Shown here piece after piece: positions 27,701-37,429 of a stretch of DNA of 56,024 nucleotides. A program made the position numbers and the translations under genes. Every line of letters begins with the position of its first letter. The first letter of the stretch is position 1. The stretch comes from a virus (Duplodnaviria; Caudoviricetes). The DNA is taken from positions 1-56,024 of the IMG/VR virus record IMGVR_UViG_3300005662_000052; one strand, given 5' to 3'. The notes beneath the pieces were generated by a model. The model was not told the DNA's origin. It saw nothing but the letters and a program-made list of their open reading frames with translations, and searched no databases.

Positions 27701-29733
27701 AAGCTAGTTCCCACCATTAACTTAACAACACTTTGAAATTGAGATGAGGTATAACCTGGTGGAGTATTGTTATAAAAACTCACATCTGTAAATTCAGACA
27801 ATACCAAATCCATTGTAGAATTTTGTATGGTGTTATTAATCGCCGGATTACTCAATGGGGATGGAGCGCTAGGTGAAGTATTTAAAGATTGACCTTCTTT
27901 ACAGGAACATAAAATACATTCCGGGTAAGTTAAATTTGGGATATTAATTAATGTAAAAAAATCTAAAGCCTGCCATAATTTACCAATTAATTCAATATAA
28001 TCAGATAAATTTGGACAATCTTTATAATCTATACTAACATAAGGAACTGAATTAAGTATAGAAATCATTCCGTTAATAAAATAACATAATCCAACAATAA
28101 AAAGAAAAACTACAGTAATTAAAACCGTAAAAATTGGTAATATTATAAATTTCATTAAGAACGCTAATACGTGTAATACTATCGTTAGTAAATAAAACAC
28201 AATTCTCAAAGGAAACATAAGAATTAGAAATAATAAAAATATTATATCAAATCTGAACATAGCATCATTAGTGGGAAATTTCACATTTTCACTTTCACAT
28301 TGTTCCGCCAAGATATCTTTAACGGTTATGATTCTATTTGGTAGAGTTCCTTTTCTGTATTGTGTTATTAGTTGTGAAACAGTATAGACTTTATTATACT
28401 CCATCTCATAAAAAGTATCTTCACAATCGATAGCCGCTTGGATATCCGCATAGTCGTTCCAATCCAAACTAAAAGCATATGATTTTAATGCCAGTTGGTA
28501 TGGTGGTAAAGATGTTGACGCTTTTAACGGGTCACTGTTTGGCGAAGATGTTATCCAACCGTATTCTCTAATATTTGGAACTAAAAAATAGGCTCTTTTA
28601 ACGGTTTCGGATAATGATGGTGATTGACTCCATTTTACTTTAAATCGATATTTTGCCTTTGTTGGTATTCCGACTTTAGGGTCTAAGGACAAAACCCTCT
28701 CTCCAAATTCATTAGTTGTAACATAATCTAAATTCATAGGTACGTCTATCAACCATGTTCCGTTATCATCAATTGCCCTTCCTCCGCTATCTAAGTCCAC
28801 TGTTTCTAATCCGGGTCTTCCGTTTTCATCAACTAAAACTGTTTGTCTTATTGCTAATATTTCACCGGGACCTGTAACTAAACTACATAAATTACCTTGT
28901 TTTAATTTTGGCTTGCAATTTCTTTTTTGGAATTCATCATCGTTAGATGATATAATTGAACCCATAAAGATTGCGGTCGGCATTATGTTTACATTATATT
29001 GTTCTGTTAGGTCAAAATCAATTCTTGTTATACCTAAATTACAAACTTCAGGTTCTCCCCACAAAGGTTCTACCTGAATTATTTGATTTAAACTTAAAAT
29101 TTGTGGTAGTTCCGCTAAATTACTAGACGTTCTAAATTTAGTTCCCGAAACTTGTAATTCGTTTGCCAAATCCATTCTAATTAAGTCTTGTGGTGATAAT
29201 GAAAACTCACCTATATCGGATAAATCAACATCCATGTGGATTGTTTGTTGTCCAACCGGAACACCAAAAATCATAAAATCCCCACTTTCATTTGTTCTTG
29301 CGGTGTATCTATAATATTTGTCAAAAACTTCGATTAATGAAGTATCTATTAGAACATCTTCTCTTGTTGGAAATGTTCCTGTTGGAGAGTGTTCGCTGTA
29401 AGATTTTACGTATGGTAGTAGATTATACCTATAACCGTCTTCATTAACATCACTTACATCTTTATAAGGGTATAATTCTGAAATTATTGGATTATTTTGG
29501 TCTTCCCTAGATAAGGGTATAAATATCGAAACCTTAGCGTTTGGTATTCCAAACCCTCCGTTACTTATAACCCTACCAACAACAACTCCATAATCTGAAC
29601 ATTGTCTGGTGTATATTTGGCTTTGTAATATCTTTAAAGATAAAATTTCCAAATATTCAAAGTCTTGGTCTAATAAAACTCTGATTGATTTATCGACGCC
29701 AACCTGCGTCCTTATTCTGTAAGAATTAGACAT
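24709..29733 (-). CDS. large putative baseplate-associated protein with an N-terminal prealbumin/carboxypeptidase-regulatory-like domain and a long hydrophobic segment
   Basis: GVVVGRV...GIPNAKVSIF...TNESGDFMIFGVPVG; about 64-aa hydrophobic tract; TATTTAT at 29759-29753. Confidence 0.68.
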   Translation of the reverse strand: MSNSYRIRTQVGVDKSIRVLLDQDFEYLEILSLKILQSQIYTRQCSDYGVVVGRVISNGGFGIPNAKVSIFIPLSREDQNNPIISELYPYKDVSDVNEDGYRYNLLPYVKSYSEHSPTGTFPTREDVLIDTSLIEVFDKYYRYTARTNESGDFMIFGVPVGQQTIHMDVDLSDIGEFSLSPQDLIRMDLANELQVSGTKFRTSSNLAELPQILSLNQIIQVEPLWGEPEVCNLGITRIDFDLTEQYNVNIMPTAIFMGSIISSNDDEFQKRNCKPKLKQGNLCSLVTGPGEILAIRQTVLVDENGRPGLETVDLDSGGRAIDDNGTWLIDVPMNLDYVTTNEFGERVLSLDPKVGIPTKAKYRFKVKWSQSPSLSETVKRAYFLVPNIREYGWITSSPNSDPLKASTSLPPYQLALKSYAFSLDWNDYADIQAAIDCEDTFYEMEYNKVYTVSQLITQYRKGTLPNRIITVKDILAEQCESENVKFPTNDAMFRFDIIFLLFLILMFPLRIVFYLLTIVLHVLAFLMKFIILPIFTVLITVVFLFIVGLCYFINGMISILNSVPYVSIDYKDCPNLSDYIELIGKLWQALDFFTLINIPNLTYPECILCSCKEGQSLNTSPSAPSPLSNPAINNTIQNSTMDLVLSEFTDVSFYNNTPPGYTSSQFQSVVKLMVGTSLTNATNISGPPTALAPQLGGYETNSIFTSSLTLAERINLFNTKAKYFENAADNPYGGVNQIKVSFEPNTIKYHTDNIVVISCKKTKLANFKTGQLITFQNIELSKDVNLKGAETNEYGTNAILGTPVGTIFGTEPNQMVYREVDIVYTTPANTTDVVTYAITGKTSDFTYAKFAMDIEYFQVITAMTYNNFNSQCVSQLPNNFRDRFLNNNMRFEVVNPTTKCYVQSISMNPLTSFLDYKDQVIVFLVRGVDPYSTRTPVSYDLSKIFGYNSWGNKLINGQYKLNHPIKGGFRAVDHNISSSSAGDTSYSNQDLYYESFLFQPASAGTGSFSAFTSDLPKYYSSLGNNQTFFTPGAPAPLVSFVFDTTFDSLMINYPTNYIGQEKSIVVPPPYWSCNFLSSNTNNLVVENRGYYDRERVEGGSAMYQILTVDPSDPLKSTTYYYAPTYNSVSINYSLGSNGRQIIMRSDRLPTSTNPLQIGNNSFSLQNNLNLATYYVSDSGYTNNSAGVLITNPTSQLTSDDDPSDNTGQINALFDSLTCDGFVPLSCYYFDTSSNSFKVKPTSDGCYKNGVNGTNIIDKGCFVLVTVIFLSLFKDLKLVGEWATRMQISFAACRNVWSHIFTNNWINGTLYAFAIKNDRFFRIIGTQTTEPYSDYCKDTVILHPTNNFYYRSSPYDSTTKQFLGAPQAQGGDGNKRNLLFPTTIMDLGPRNLYIQEIVMSDDYDGYVVDKLNSTTYSDVSEILNYLILSRLVNSNVLQQLLGTNNAGIFTYFNSRSKNMVDGDYSQLISIQSETGVSPFEAANYPDSPSGQNPIFSNGNATDVVIGIFYSSETQTRDYISPRRTIIDPTEGPSSDCAFSYIKVFTQKVPFYQWEIKKNNDSDSIFGSQQNEWYTYPIFGNSFMSYNYQEMDRVNSSSRYVRPATTLQTQYFKGYIYVVDSSGNISASVSNQEGNAGQPRTVTVGAPQHFYFGLKKGKTAFDRFLTKWVNTEINIE

Positions 29734-29810
29734 TATATAAAAAATCTTTTAGATAAATAGTTTATGCTCTATTTTCAAAAAGATAAGTTATGTTTTTTTA
29801 AAATAAATTA

Positions 29811-31649
29811 TCAAGAAAAATTAACTGTATTCATATTTTTAACCCTTACAATAATATCTTTACCGGGGAATCTAATTTGATATATCTGACTTGGTTGTGC
29901 GAATATAGTTTCATCAATTAATTCAATCTCTTTAGTTTCGTTATCTAAATATCTTTGAGATGTTTGTGATGAGGAGTATTGTCCACCAACTTTATTAAAT
30001 ATTCTAATTGACGCAACACTAATAACCCCGTTTTCACTTTGTGCTAATCTTCTTATTTCGGACACATTTACATTTTCCCCCATTTGTCTATTTCCTGGGT
30101 CAAAATATTCAGAAATAACATTAATTACCGCCGAGATTACCGCTCCTTGATTTTGACTCGAATCTAATATCAAATCGATATTAACACCTAAATCAATTAC
30201 ATTAGCGGTTTCTATTGAAATGTAGTCATTAATCATTCTATAATTAGATAAATAATTTGCGACGTTACTTTTTAATGTGGTTGATATAATTTCAGTTAGG
30301 CTGCCCGAATCGTCATAAGATAACATCTTAACTTTAATTTTATTATTTTCTTCTAAAATTGCAACTTTTGCAGGTGCTCCAAATTGTGAAGGCATTGTCC
30401 TTATTAGTGATTCATAATCATTAATAGTTACCGCCCTATTTTGTGCGGAAAAATTAAATGAAACCATATTTCTAACTTCTTCGGTTGTTGGGTTTGACGC
30501 TCCTCCAATCGCAGCAGTAACATTATTACATCTTAACGAATTAACTACACTTGTATTAGTACTACTTAGAGGTCCGTTAACAAAAAAAGAAACAGTACCT
30601 ATTTGTGTTATAACATTAACACCTAAATTACTTCCGGTTCCTCCACCAATCCTATATTGTATAAAGAGAGTACTATTAGATTTTAAAGTACTTCCTAGTG
30701 CGATATTGTTAGAATATTTATATAAATCTAATTTATAACCATTTCTCGCAAATTCTCTTAATTGTTCATCTGCGGATTGCGAACCACCCCCAAAGGTAAT
30801 TTTGCAAAAACCTTCAGGTGTAAATTCAGTAATGAATTTGTCTTGCACTGTAAGATATTTCCCAACTTTAATGCCGGGTCTATCAGAAGTTTTAGTGGGG
30901 TCTTCAACAAAGACTCTATCTTCCGCCAACGCCTTAACCTCATACCATCTATTATCTAAACCCAAAAATTCTTGTGATGTTGGTACATTAGCGTATTGTG
31001 TTCCATCTTTTAATAAAACACTTGTAATTCCTAAAACGTTTCTATCGGGTAAGAATAATTCAAAAAAGGGTTTAACATCATTTGGATTTATAACCGTTTT
31101 AAAAACTTTTGTAATACCGTTAACCACAGTTTCTCTTTTAACTATGGTGTAATTTAATAACTTATTATTAGAATCAAAATTTGGTATTTTTAACCTATTT
31201 GGAAATCCTTCCGCATTAATCGGTGATGAAAAATCAATATCATAAACAGTTTCAAACACTTGTCCAGCTCCGTTAACTTGAGCACCTCTTCTTAAAATAC
31301 CGCAATATCTTAAATCCTCTTTATCTCCATCAGCCGGAACCGTTATTGAAAAATCAACTAAAGCAACTGAGGGTCTTTGTCCGGGAACTTTTAATCCATA
31401 AGTTCTTGCAATATTATATATTGACGACCTTTGTTGTGCATATTGTAAAACGGTTTCTTGGATACTTCTATCAATATTAAATTGTAGGTTATCAGTTACC
31501 GCCGCGTTTAAATCAATTAACACTGAAAATATTGAAGCGTCGTTAAAATTTTCAACTAAGTCAGGATAGTAAGTTTTTGTGAAATTTAACAATTCGGTTC
31601 TTATCGATTGAAAATCTCTTGTTAGATATGATATTTTTTTATTAGCCAT
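29811..31649 (-). CDS. baseplate wedge protein (T4 gp6/baseplate J-like)
   Basis: RDFQSIRTEL, SIYNIARTYG, YRIGGGTGSN, AQNRAVTINDY; follows the gp25-like gene. Confidence 0.87.
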   Translation of the reverse strand: MANKKISYLTRDFQSIRTELLNFTKTYYPDLVENFNDASIFSVLIDLNAAVTDNLQFNIDRSIQETVLQYAQQRSSIYNIARTYGLKVPGQRPSVALVDFSITVPADGDKEDLRYCGILRRGAQVNGAGQVFETVYDIDFSSPINAEGFPNRLKIPNFDSNNKLLNYTIVKRETVVNGITKVFKTVINPNDVKPFFELFLPDRNVLGITSVLLKDGTQYANVPTSQEFLGLDNRWYEVKALAEDRVFVEDPTKTSDRPGIKVGKYLTVQDKFITEFTPEGFCKITFGGGSQSADEQLREFARNGYKLDLYKYSNNIALGSTLKSNSTLFIQYRIGGGTGSNLGVNVITQIGTVSFFVNGPLSSTNTSVVNSLRCNNVTAAIGGASNPTTEEVRNMVSFNFSAQNRAVTINDYESLIRTMPSQFGAPAKVAILEENNKIKVKMLSYDDSGSLTEIISTTLKSNVANYLSNYRMINDYISIETANVIDLGVNIDLILDSSQNQGAVISAVINVISEYFDPGNRQMGENVNVSEIRRLAQSENGVISVASIRIFNKVGGQYSSSQTSQRYLDNETKEIELIDETIFAQPSQIYQIRFPGKDIIVRVKNMNTVNFS

Positions 31650-31653
31650 AATT

Positions 31654-32109
31654 TTATACGTTAATAATTATAAAATCAGGGGCGTTGAACGCACTATCAG
31701 TTACTATATAGTCTATTTTGATAGTTGCGGTATGTTCCTGTTGAGAGATGTTTGATACTCTAAAAACTCTTTTGTCGTCCTCAATGTAAGTACCTTTATT
31801 TTCTTCTCCGTCAGATGCCGCCTTTATATTTATACTTGTTATTGTTATTCCCGGTATGTATTCTTCAACACTTTCTCTAATTTCAGATTCAATATCTGAA
31901 AAAGTTAAACTGTCCATGGGTTCAAATATGAATTCCAAAAGTCTAGTTCCAAAATCGGGTAAATAATATCTAGTTCCTTTTCTGGTTAATAATAAATGAA
32001 TTAAATTTGACCTAATTTCTTCATCAGCAGTATTTGATAAATCAAAATACGTGCCTGTATAAGAATCCCTAAAAGGAAAATTTATTCCATATGTTGGATT
32101 TTCTGCCAT
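31654..32109 (-). CDS. baseplate wedge protein (T4 gp25/GPW-like)
   Basis: GINFPF, IRSNLIHLLLTRKGTRYYLPDFGTRLLEFIFEP. Confidence 0.88.
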   Translation of the reverse strand: MAENPTYGINFPFRDSYTGTYFDLSNTADEEIRSNLIHLLLTRKGTRYYLPDFGTRLLEFIFEPMDSLTFSDIESEIRESVEEYIPGITITSINIKAASDGEENKGTYIEDDKRVFRVSNISQQEHTATIKIDYIVTDSAFNAPDFIIINV

Positions 32110-32113
32110 ACAT

Positions 32114-32156
32114 ATAAATATATGTTCTGTTTATTTTCTATAAATAGATATAAATA
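32114..32156 (-). promoter_or_regulatory. three TATTTAT putative late-promoter motifs upstream of the gp25-like gene
   Basis: ATAAATA on + strand at 32114-32120, 32140-32146 and 32150-32156. Confidence 0.6.
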
Positions 32157-32182
32157 AAAAATCCCGACATTATATCGGGATT
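32156..32182 (-). terminator. intrinsic terminator after nrdA
   Basis: Stem AATCCCGA / TCGGGATT with 7-nt loop, followed by a U-tract on the minus strand. Confidence 0.8.
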
Positions 32183-32191
32183 AATATTAAG

Positions 32192-34615
32192 TTATGATGA
32201 ACAACCAAAACATTCAAATTCACTATTCTTTGGTTTTTCCGGTAGTATTAAATCTACCTTCGGAGCTTCTGGCATTGATTTAGGTTTTTCCATTTTGGAA
32301 ATATCTACCGCCAAATGTTTTGCTCCCGTGGATATTGCTTTAGTTCTAACATAATAACATAATGTCTTTAATCCTTTCTCCCATGAGTGAAAATGTGATG
32401 ATGTTATCTTTGATAGAGTTGGATTACCCATATAGATATTCATTGATTGTGATTGGTCAATGAACGGAGCTCTATCGGCTGCCATATCAATTAGTTCTTT
32501 TTGTGAAATCTCCCAAATTGTTTTATATTTTGGAATTAAATTTTCAATTCGTTTAACTTTTTTATGATAATTTTTATCTTCAGTATCTAAATAATTATTA
32601 AAATTAATACCTTGAATTGAGCCTTCGTTTAGAATAATTTCGTTCTTTAGGTCTTCGCACCAAATTCCAAGTTTTTCGAAGTCATTAATCAAATACTTGT
32701 TAACAATCATAATTTCACCACCTACCACTCTTCTATTAAAGATTGCCGAATGAGCCGGTTCTGTCATTTCATAAGAACCTGTTATCTTTGCGGAAGACGC
32801 CACCGGCATCTGAGCCGTAAATAATGAGTTACATACCCCATAATTCTTAACATCTTCTTTTAATTGAGACCAATCCCACATTCCTGACAAATCAATATCT
32901 TTTAATCCCCACATATCAAATTGAAATACTCCTTTTGACATTGGAGAACCATCGAAGAACTCATATGGTTTCCTTTTTCCATTTTTACATAAATCATTAC
33001 TTTCGGTAATTGCCGCAAAATAGATTGTTTCAAAAATAAATTTGTTTAGTTTTTTTGCTTCAGGTGATGTAAAACCATAATCCATTAAGTAGAAAACATC
33101 CGCAAGTCCTTGTGTTCCTATTGCAATTGCTCTTTGTTCTAATCCACCTTTTCTACCTTTTTCAGTTGAGTAGTTATTAATATCAACAACTTTGTTTAAC
33201 GCTCTAACCACTTTTCTCGCCTCATCATAAAGTAATTTAAAATCGAACTTGCCGTCAATAATAAAGTTCTTTAATACCATTGAGGATAGTGTACAAATCG
33301 CGGTTGTTTTCTCGTCAGTGTATTGATAAATCTCATTACAAAGATTTGATTGTTTGATAACCCCAATATTTTGATGGTTTGTTTTTCTATTCGCACTATC
33401 TTTAGAACATAGATAAGGCACTCCTGTCTCAACCTGAGATTCAATAACTTTAGTCCAAACATCTTGAGCTTTAACTTTTTTACCAAGTCCTTTTGAAACC
33501 GCAAGAGCGTAGTTGGATTCGTATTCATCACCATAACATTCTTGTAACGGTTTAATACCCGCCTTTTTAATGTCGTTAGGGCAGAATAAATACCAATCTT
33601 CATTATTTTTAACCGCTCTCATAAAGTTATCAGGAATCCAAAGAGCCGTGAACAAATCTCTTGCTCTTAACTCTTCCGCACCTGTGTTCTTTTTAATTTC
33701 TAATAAGTCAAATATGTCTTTATGCCAAGGTTCAAGATAAATCGCTGCGCTACCAGGTCTTCTACCTTGTTGATTAAAGAATCTAAGTGATTCGTTAACT
33801 ATTTTAAGGTATTTTAATAAACCACCCGCAAATCCGCCTGACGATGAAATTCTACTTTCTTTACTTCTAATATTACTCATAGATAATCCAATACCAGCAG
33901 CATCAGATGAATAGGTTGAGATGTCATTCATAGTATCAAGTAAACCCTGTCTTGAATCTGAGTTATTATAATGTAACACACAAGACGCTAATTGAGGTAC
34001 TTTTGTACCCGCATTAATCATAATTGGTGTTGCCGGTGATATTAATTGATTAGATAACGATTTGTAATACTCAATAGCATCTTCAAAGTTATTTGTTATC
34101 CATAATGCAACTCTCATATACATATGTTGAGGTCTTTCAATGGTTTTACCGTTAGGTAATTTTAAAAGATACATCTCTTGTAATGACCTCCAAGCAAAGT
34201 AATCGAAATTGTAATCATTATCGTGATTAATAATCGAGTCAATTTTTTCTTTACCAAACATTTGCATTAAAATGATTAAATCATTATTAACAATACCTTC
34301 TTTGTGTAACTCTTCCATTGTTTCGTAGAAACTTGGATTTGTTTCTTTATGGTAAGACGATATTGCGACTGAAGACGCTAAACGAGAATAGTCGTGATGA
34401 CTACCGGTGTAAGCCGCGGCAATCTCATATACTAACTTATCCAACTCTTTTGTTGTGATATGTCCCTCAACAGGAACTGATGTTATAACTTTTATAAAAA
34501 TCTCATCAGAATTAACATTTAATCCCTTTGCGGCTCTTTTAATTCTATTATAAATCTTTTGTGGGTTAAAGGATACTTCATCTCCACTTCTTTTTTTTAT
34601 TTTTAGTGACATCAT
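32192..34615 (-). CDS. nrdA: class Ia ribonucleotide reductase alpha subunit with ATP-cone
   Basis: KKRSG ATP-cone, SPATP, QLASC, SNLCNE, CTLSS, PVASS, YYVRT, C-terminal CFGC; likely start at ATG 34615 or 34612 rather than 34648. Confidence 0.96.
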   Translation of the reverse strand: MMSLKIKKRSGDEVSFNPQKIYNRIKRAAKGLNVNSDEIFIKVITSVPVEGHITTKELDKLVYEIAAAYTGSHHDYSRLASSVAISSYHKETNPSFYETMEELHKEGIVNNDLIILMQMFGKEKIDSIINHDNDYNFDYFAWRSLQEMYLLKLPNGKTIERPQHMYMRVALWITNNFEDAIEYYKSLSNQLISPATPIMINAGTKVPQLASCVLHYNNSDSRQGLLDTMNDISTYSSDAAGIGLSMSNIRSKESRISSSGGFAGGLLKYLKIVNESLRFFNQQGRRPGSAAIYLEPWHKDIFDLLEIKKNTGAEELRARDLFTALWIPDNFMRAVKNNEDWYLFCPNDIKKAGIKPLQECYGDEYESNYALAVSKGLGKKVKAQDVWTKVIESQVETGVPYLCSKDSANRKTNHQNIGVIKQSNLCNEIYQYTDEKTTAICTLSSMVLKNFIIDGKFDFKLLYDEARKVVRALNKVVDINNYSTEKGRKGGLEQRAIAIGTQGLADVFYLMDYGFTSPEAKKLNKFIFETIYFAAITESNDLCKNGKRKPYEFFDGSPMSKGVFQFDMWGLKDIDLSGMWDWSQLKEDVKNYGVCNSLFTAQMPVASSAKITGSYEMTEPAHSAIFNRRVVGGEIMIVNKYLINDFEKLGIWCEDLKNEIILNEGSIQGINFNNYLDTEDKNYHKKVKRIENLIPKYKTIWEISQKELIDMAADRAPFIDQSQSMNIYMGNPTLSKITSSHFHSWEKGLKTLCYYVRTKAISTGAKHLAVDISKMEKPKSMPEAPKVDLILPEKPKNSEFECFGCSS

Positions 34616-34616
34616 A

Positions 34617-35564
34617 TTAAAAATCTTCTGTAAAATTAATTGTTTCATTCAATTTGGCTTTTTGGTACTCAACGGTTCTTGACTCAAAGAAGTTTCCTTT
34701 GGTTTCAACTGCGATTTGTTCCATAAATTTAAAAGGTTGTTCAACATTAAATTGTTTTTTACAACCCATTTTAACAAGTAGACCATCTACCACAAATTCT
34801 AAATATTGTTTCATTAGATTTGAATTCATCCCTATTAAAGACACCGGTAAAGATTCTGTAATAAATTCTTTTTCAATCTCTAATGCCGATAATAGAATTT
34901 CTCTGATTCGTTTCTCACTTGGTTTATCTTCAACGTGATTATTCAACAAATGAATTGCGAAATCGCAATGTAAGTTTTCATCTTTAAATATTAATGCGTT
35001 TGCATTACACAAACCCTGCATTATCCCTCTTGATTTTAACCAAAATACAGAACAGAAAGAACCTGAAAAAAATATTCCTTCTACCGCGGCAAATGCCACC
35101 AATCTTTCTTGGAAAGATGCGTTTTTAATCCACTCAAGAGCCCACGTAGCTTTTTTCTGAACCGCAGGTAACTTGTCGATTGCGTTAAAGCAATCATCTT
35201 TTTCTTTAGGGTTAGAGACATATGTGTCAATTAATAAAGAATACATTAATGAGTGTATGTTCTCCATCATCAACTGAAATCCGTAAAAGAATTTAGCCTC
35301 AGGATATTGAACTTCTCTGTAGAAATTTTCTGCCAGATTTTCATTTACAATACCGTCTGACGCGGCGAAAAATGATAAAATATTTTTGATGAAATATCTT
35401 TCATTATCTGATAGTGTTTCCCAATCTCTAATGTCCCCAGTTAAGTCAATTTCTTCTGCCGTCCAAAAAGCTGCTTGATGTTGTTTATAGTACTCCCAAA
35501 TATCATTATATTCGATAGGGAATATAACAAATCTGTTTGGATTTTCTTTTAAAATTTTTTCCAT
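34617..35564 (-). CDS. nrdB: class Ia ribonucleotide reductase beta subunit
   Basis: [46 protein letters not shown]. Confidence 0.96.
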   Translation of the reverse strand: MEKILKENPNRFVIFPIEYNDIWEYYKQHQAAFWTAEEIDLTGDIRDWETLSDNERYFIKNILSFFAASDGIVNENLAENFYREVQYPEAKFFYGFQLMMENIHSLMYSLLIDTYVSNPKEKDDCFNAIDKLPAVQKKATWALEWIKNASFQERLVAFAAVEGIFFSGSFCSVFWLKSRGIMQGLCNANALIFKDENLHCDFAIHLLNNHVEDKPSEKRIREILLSALEIEKEFITESLPVSLIGMNSNLMKQYLEFVVDGLLVKMGCKKQFNVEQPFKFMEQIAVETKGNFFESRTVEYQKAKLNETINFTEDF

Positions 35565-35566
35565 AA

Positions 35567-36946
35567 TTAATTATTTTGTTGTCTTTGTTTTCTCTTTTCA
35601 AGTAAATCTTTTACTCGTTGTCTATTTTGTTCTTCTTTTTGTTCTTCTAATCCTAAGAATGTAACCGAACTTTCAGTATCTATTTCTAACATTCCGTTAT
35701 CGAATTTACAATTCTCAAAAACCACACCGTCATCACCGATACGTGATTTTGTAATCGCAATTGTTGCCAATTTCATCTCTTTTTGTTGTAATGTTTTAGC
35801 CACCGATATGATAACGTGACCAACTTGAGCCTTTTTAATTGACCCGCCCATTTGGTCTGTGGTTACAACTTCAGATGAAATTGAACTTCTATTACCTTGT
35901 GTTGCCGTCCATCCAACTATTGATAATTCGTGACACATCGCCTCAAACGCTCTCATTACAGAACCCTCTGATTTCCATTCGTCTCCCAAGTTTTTATCTG
36001 GAACAACACAATCAATATAATCCAAAAGAATCATATCAACTTTAATACCATCCGCAATCATTTTTCTAACTTGATTTTTAATCTGTAACATAGTCATTGT
36101 ATCAGATGGTAATTTTTTTAAGATTAACTTGTTTGGCATTGAATCTCTAACCTCTTGAACTTTAGTCATTACTTCATCTTTCTTAATTGATAATTCATCA
36201 GGATGAACTTTAGTCCACAAAGTTATATGTTTTCTTTGAATAATCTTAGGATTATCTTCAAAAAATATTTGAAGTACGTTATATCCAAGATTGTAAGCGT
36301 GGTTTGAGATTTTGGTTAGGAATGTTGATTTACCAACACCCGTTGGTGCCAAGATAACTCCAATCTCACCTTTCGCCAATCCTCCCTTTAATAATCTGTC
36401 AATACCCGGGATTCCCATAGGTATTGGATGTCTATAATCTTCATTTAAAACGTCATCTAGGTTAAAGAAAACATCAGACATACCGTCTTCTCTCTCTCCA
36501 ACTTGTAAAGCCTCTCTAACCAAGGTCTCTAATTGTTCATAGTTCTCAAATTCACCACCATCAATTACTTTTTGAGCCTTATTTAAGGCCTTTTGTAACT
36601 CTTGTTGTTTACAGAATTTCATCGCCTTATCCTGAACAAATGCACTACCCTCAAAAGGAGCGTCTTTAATTTTAACCAAGGTATCAAGAACTATTTTAGA
36701 AGCCAATTCTTGTTGTAACTCTGATTTTGTAATCTGTTCTAAGGTATCAAAATTAGGGGTGTGTTCGTATTTTACATAATATTCCTTAATCATTTGGAAT
36801 ATTAATTTGAAATACTTGTTCTCAAAATATTGAGAGTCCATAACGTCAATAATCGACCTTGAGAAATCTTTATCTACGATAATTTGGTTTAGAAGTTGAA
36901 GTTGAAAAGTGCTACCGAGATATTCGAAATTTTTGTTTGACGCCAT
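35567..36946 (-). CDS. dnaB: replicative helicase (DnaB/T4 gp41-like)
   Basis: Walker [26 protein letters not shown]. Confidence 0.92.
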   Translation of the reverse strand: MASNKNFEYLGSTFQLQLLNQIIVDKDFSRSIIDVMDSQYFENKYFKLIFQMIKEYYVKYEHTPNFDTLEQITKSELQQELASKIVLDTLVKIKDAPFEGSAFVQDKAMKFCKQQELQKALNKAQKVIDGGEFENYEQLETLVREALQVGEREDGMSDVFFNLDDVLNEDYRHPIPMGIPGIDRLLKGGLAKGEIGVILAPTGVGKSTFLTKISNHAYNLGYNVLQIFFEDNPKIIQRKHITLWTKVHPDELSIKKDEVMTKVQEVRDSMPNKLILKKLPSDTMTMLQIKNQVRKMIADGIKVDMILLDYIDCVVPDKNLGDEWKSEGSVMRAFEAMCHELSIVGWTATQGNRSSISSEVVTTDQMGGSIKKAQVGHVIISVAKTLQQKEMKLATIAITKSRIGDDGVVFENCKFDNGMLEIDTESSVTFLGLEEQKEEQNRQRVKDLLEKRKQRQQNN

Positions 36947-36975
36947 AATTTATATTGTTGTATTGATAAATATTC

Positions 36976-37428
36976 TTAAATTGTATTAACTTCAAGGTAT
37001 TTGTAAGTTAAATTTTCAGATGAAAAAATGTCAGTTAACACCGAAAGAATACTTTTTATATGCGGGCGTATGTCCACGGTGTATCTTATTTTAGGTGGGT
37101 ATATTTTTGCGTTGAACTGTCTATGACAAATTGTCTTGTCTCCTTCTTTAAGGAAGATGTTAAAGTACTCAGGTCCGTCAGTGTAAGACGTGTTTAAAAC
37201 TTCGGGATTGTTTTCAATCTCATACCTGTTGTCTAACATATAGACCGCGGTTTTCATTTTTAACTCATAGGATAGTTGGTCCTTTAAGTCTTTTAAGTAC
37301 TCGTAAAGTTCTGATGAACTTTTTGCGTTAGAGTTATAATCTCTAACATTGAAGAATCTTTGTACTATGATGTTGTTATTAACCATCATTACAAATTCTA
37401 ACTTTGTTGTGTCTTGTTGCTCTTTCAT
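36976..37428 (-). CDS. hypothetical protein in the replication operon
   Basis: 150-aa coupled ORF between exonuclease and helicase. Confidence 0.75.
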   Translation of the reverse strand: MKEQQDTTKLEFVMMVNNNIIVQRFFNVRDYNSNAKSSSELYEYLKDLKDQLSYELKMKTAVYMLDNRYEIENNPEVLNTSYTDGPEYFNIFLKEGDKTICHRQFNAKIYPPKIRYTVDIRPHIKSILSVLTDIFSSENLTYKYLEVNTI

Positions 37429-37429
37429 A

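Noticed and set aside
34616-34648. ORF-track start of nrdA at 34648
   Set aside because: Overlaps the nrdB 3' end; ATG at 34615/34612 directly follows the nrdB stop and precedes the ATP-cone
32192-36946. Introns or inteins in nrdA, nrdB or helicase
   Set aside because: Normal lengths and contiguous motifs; no intein or homing endonuclease signatures seen
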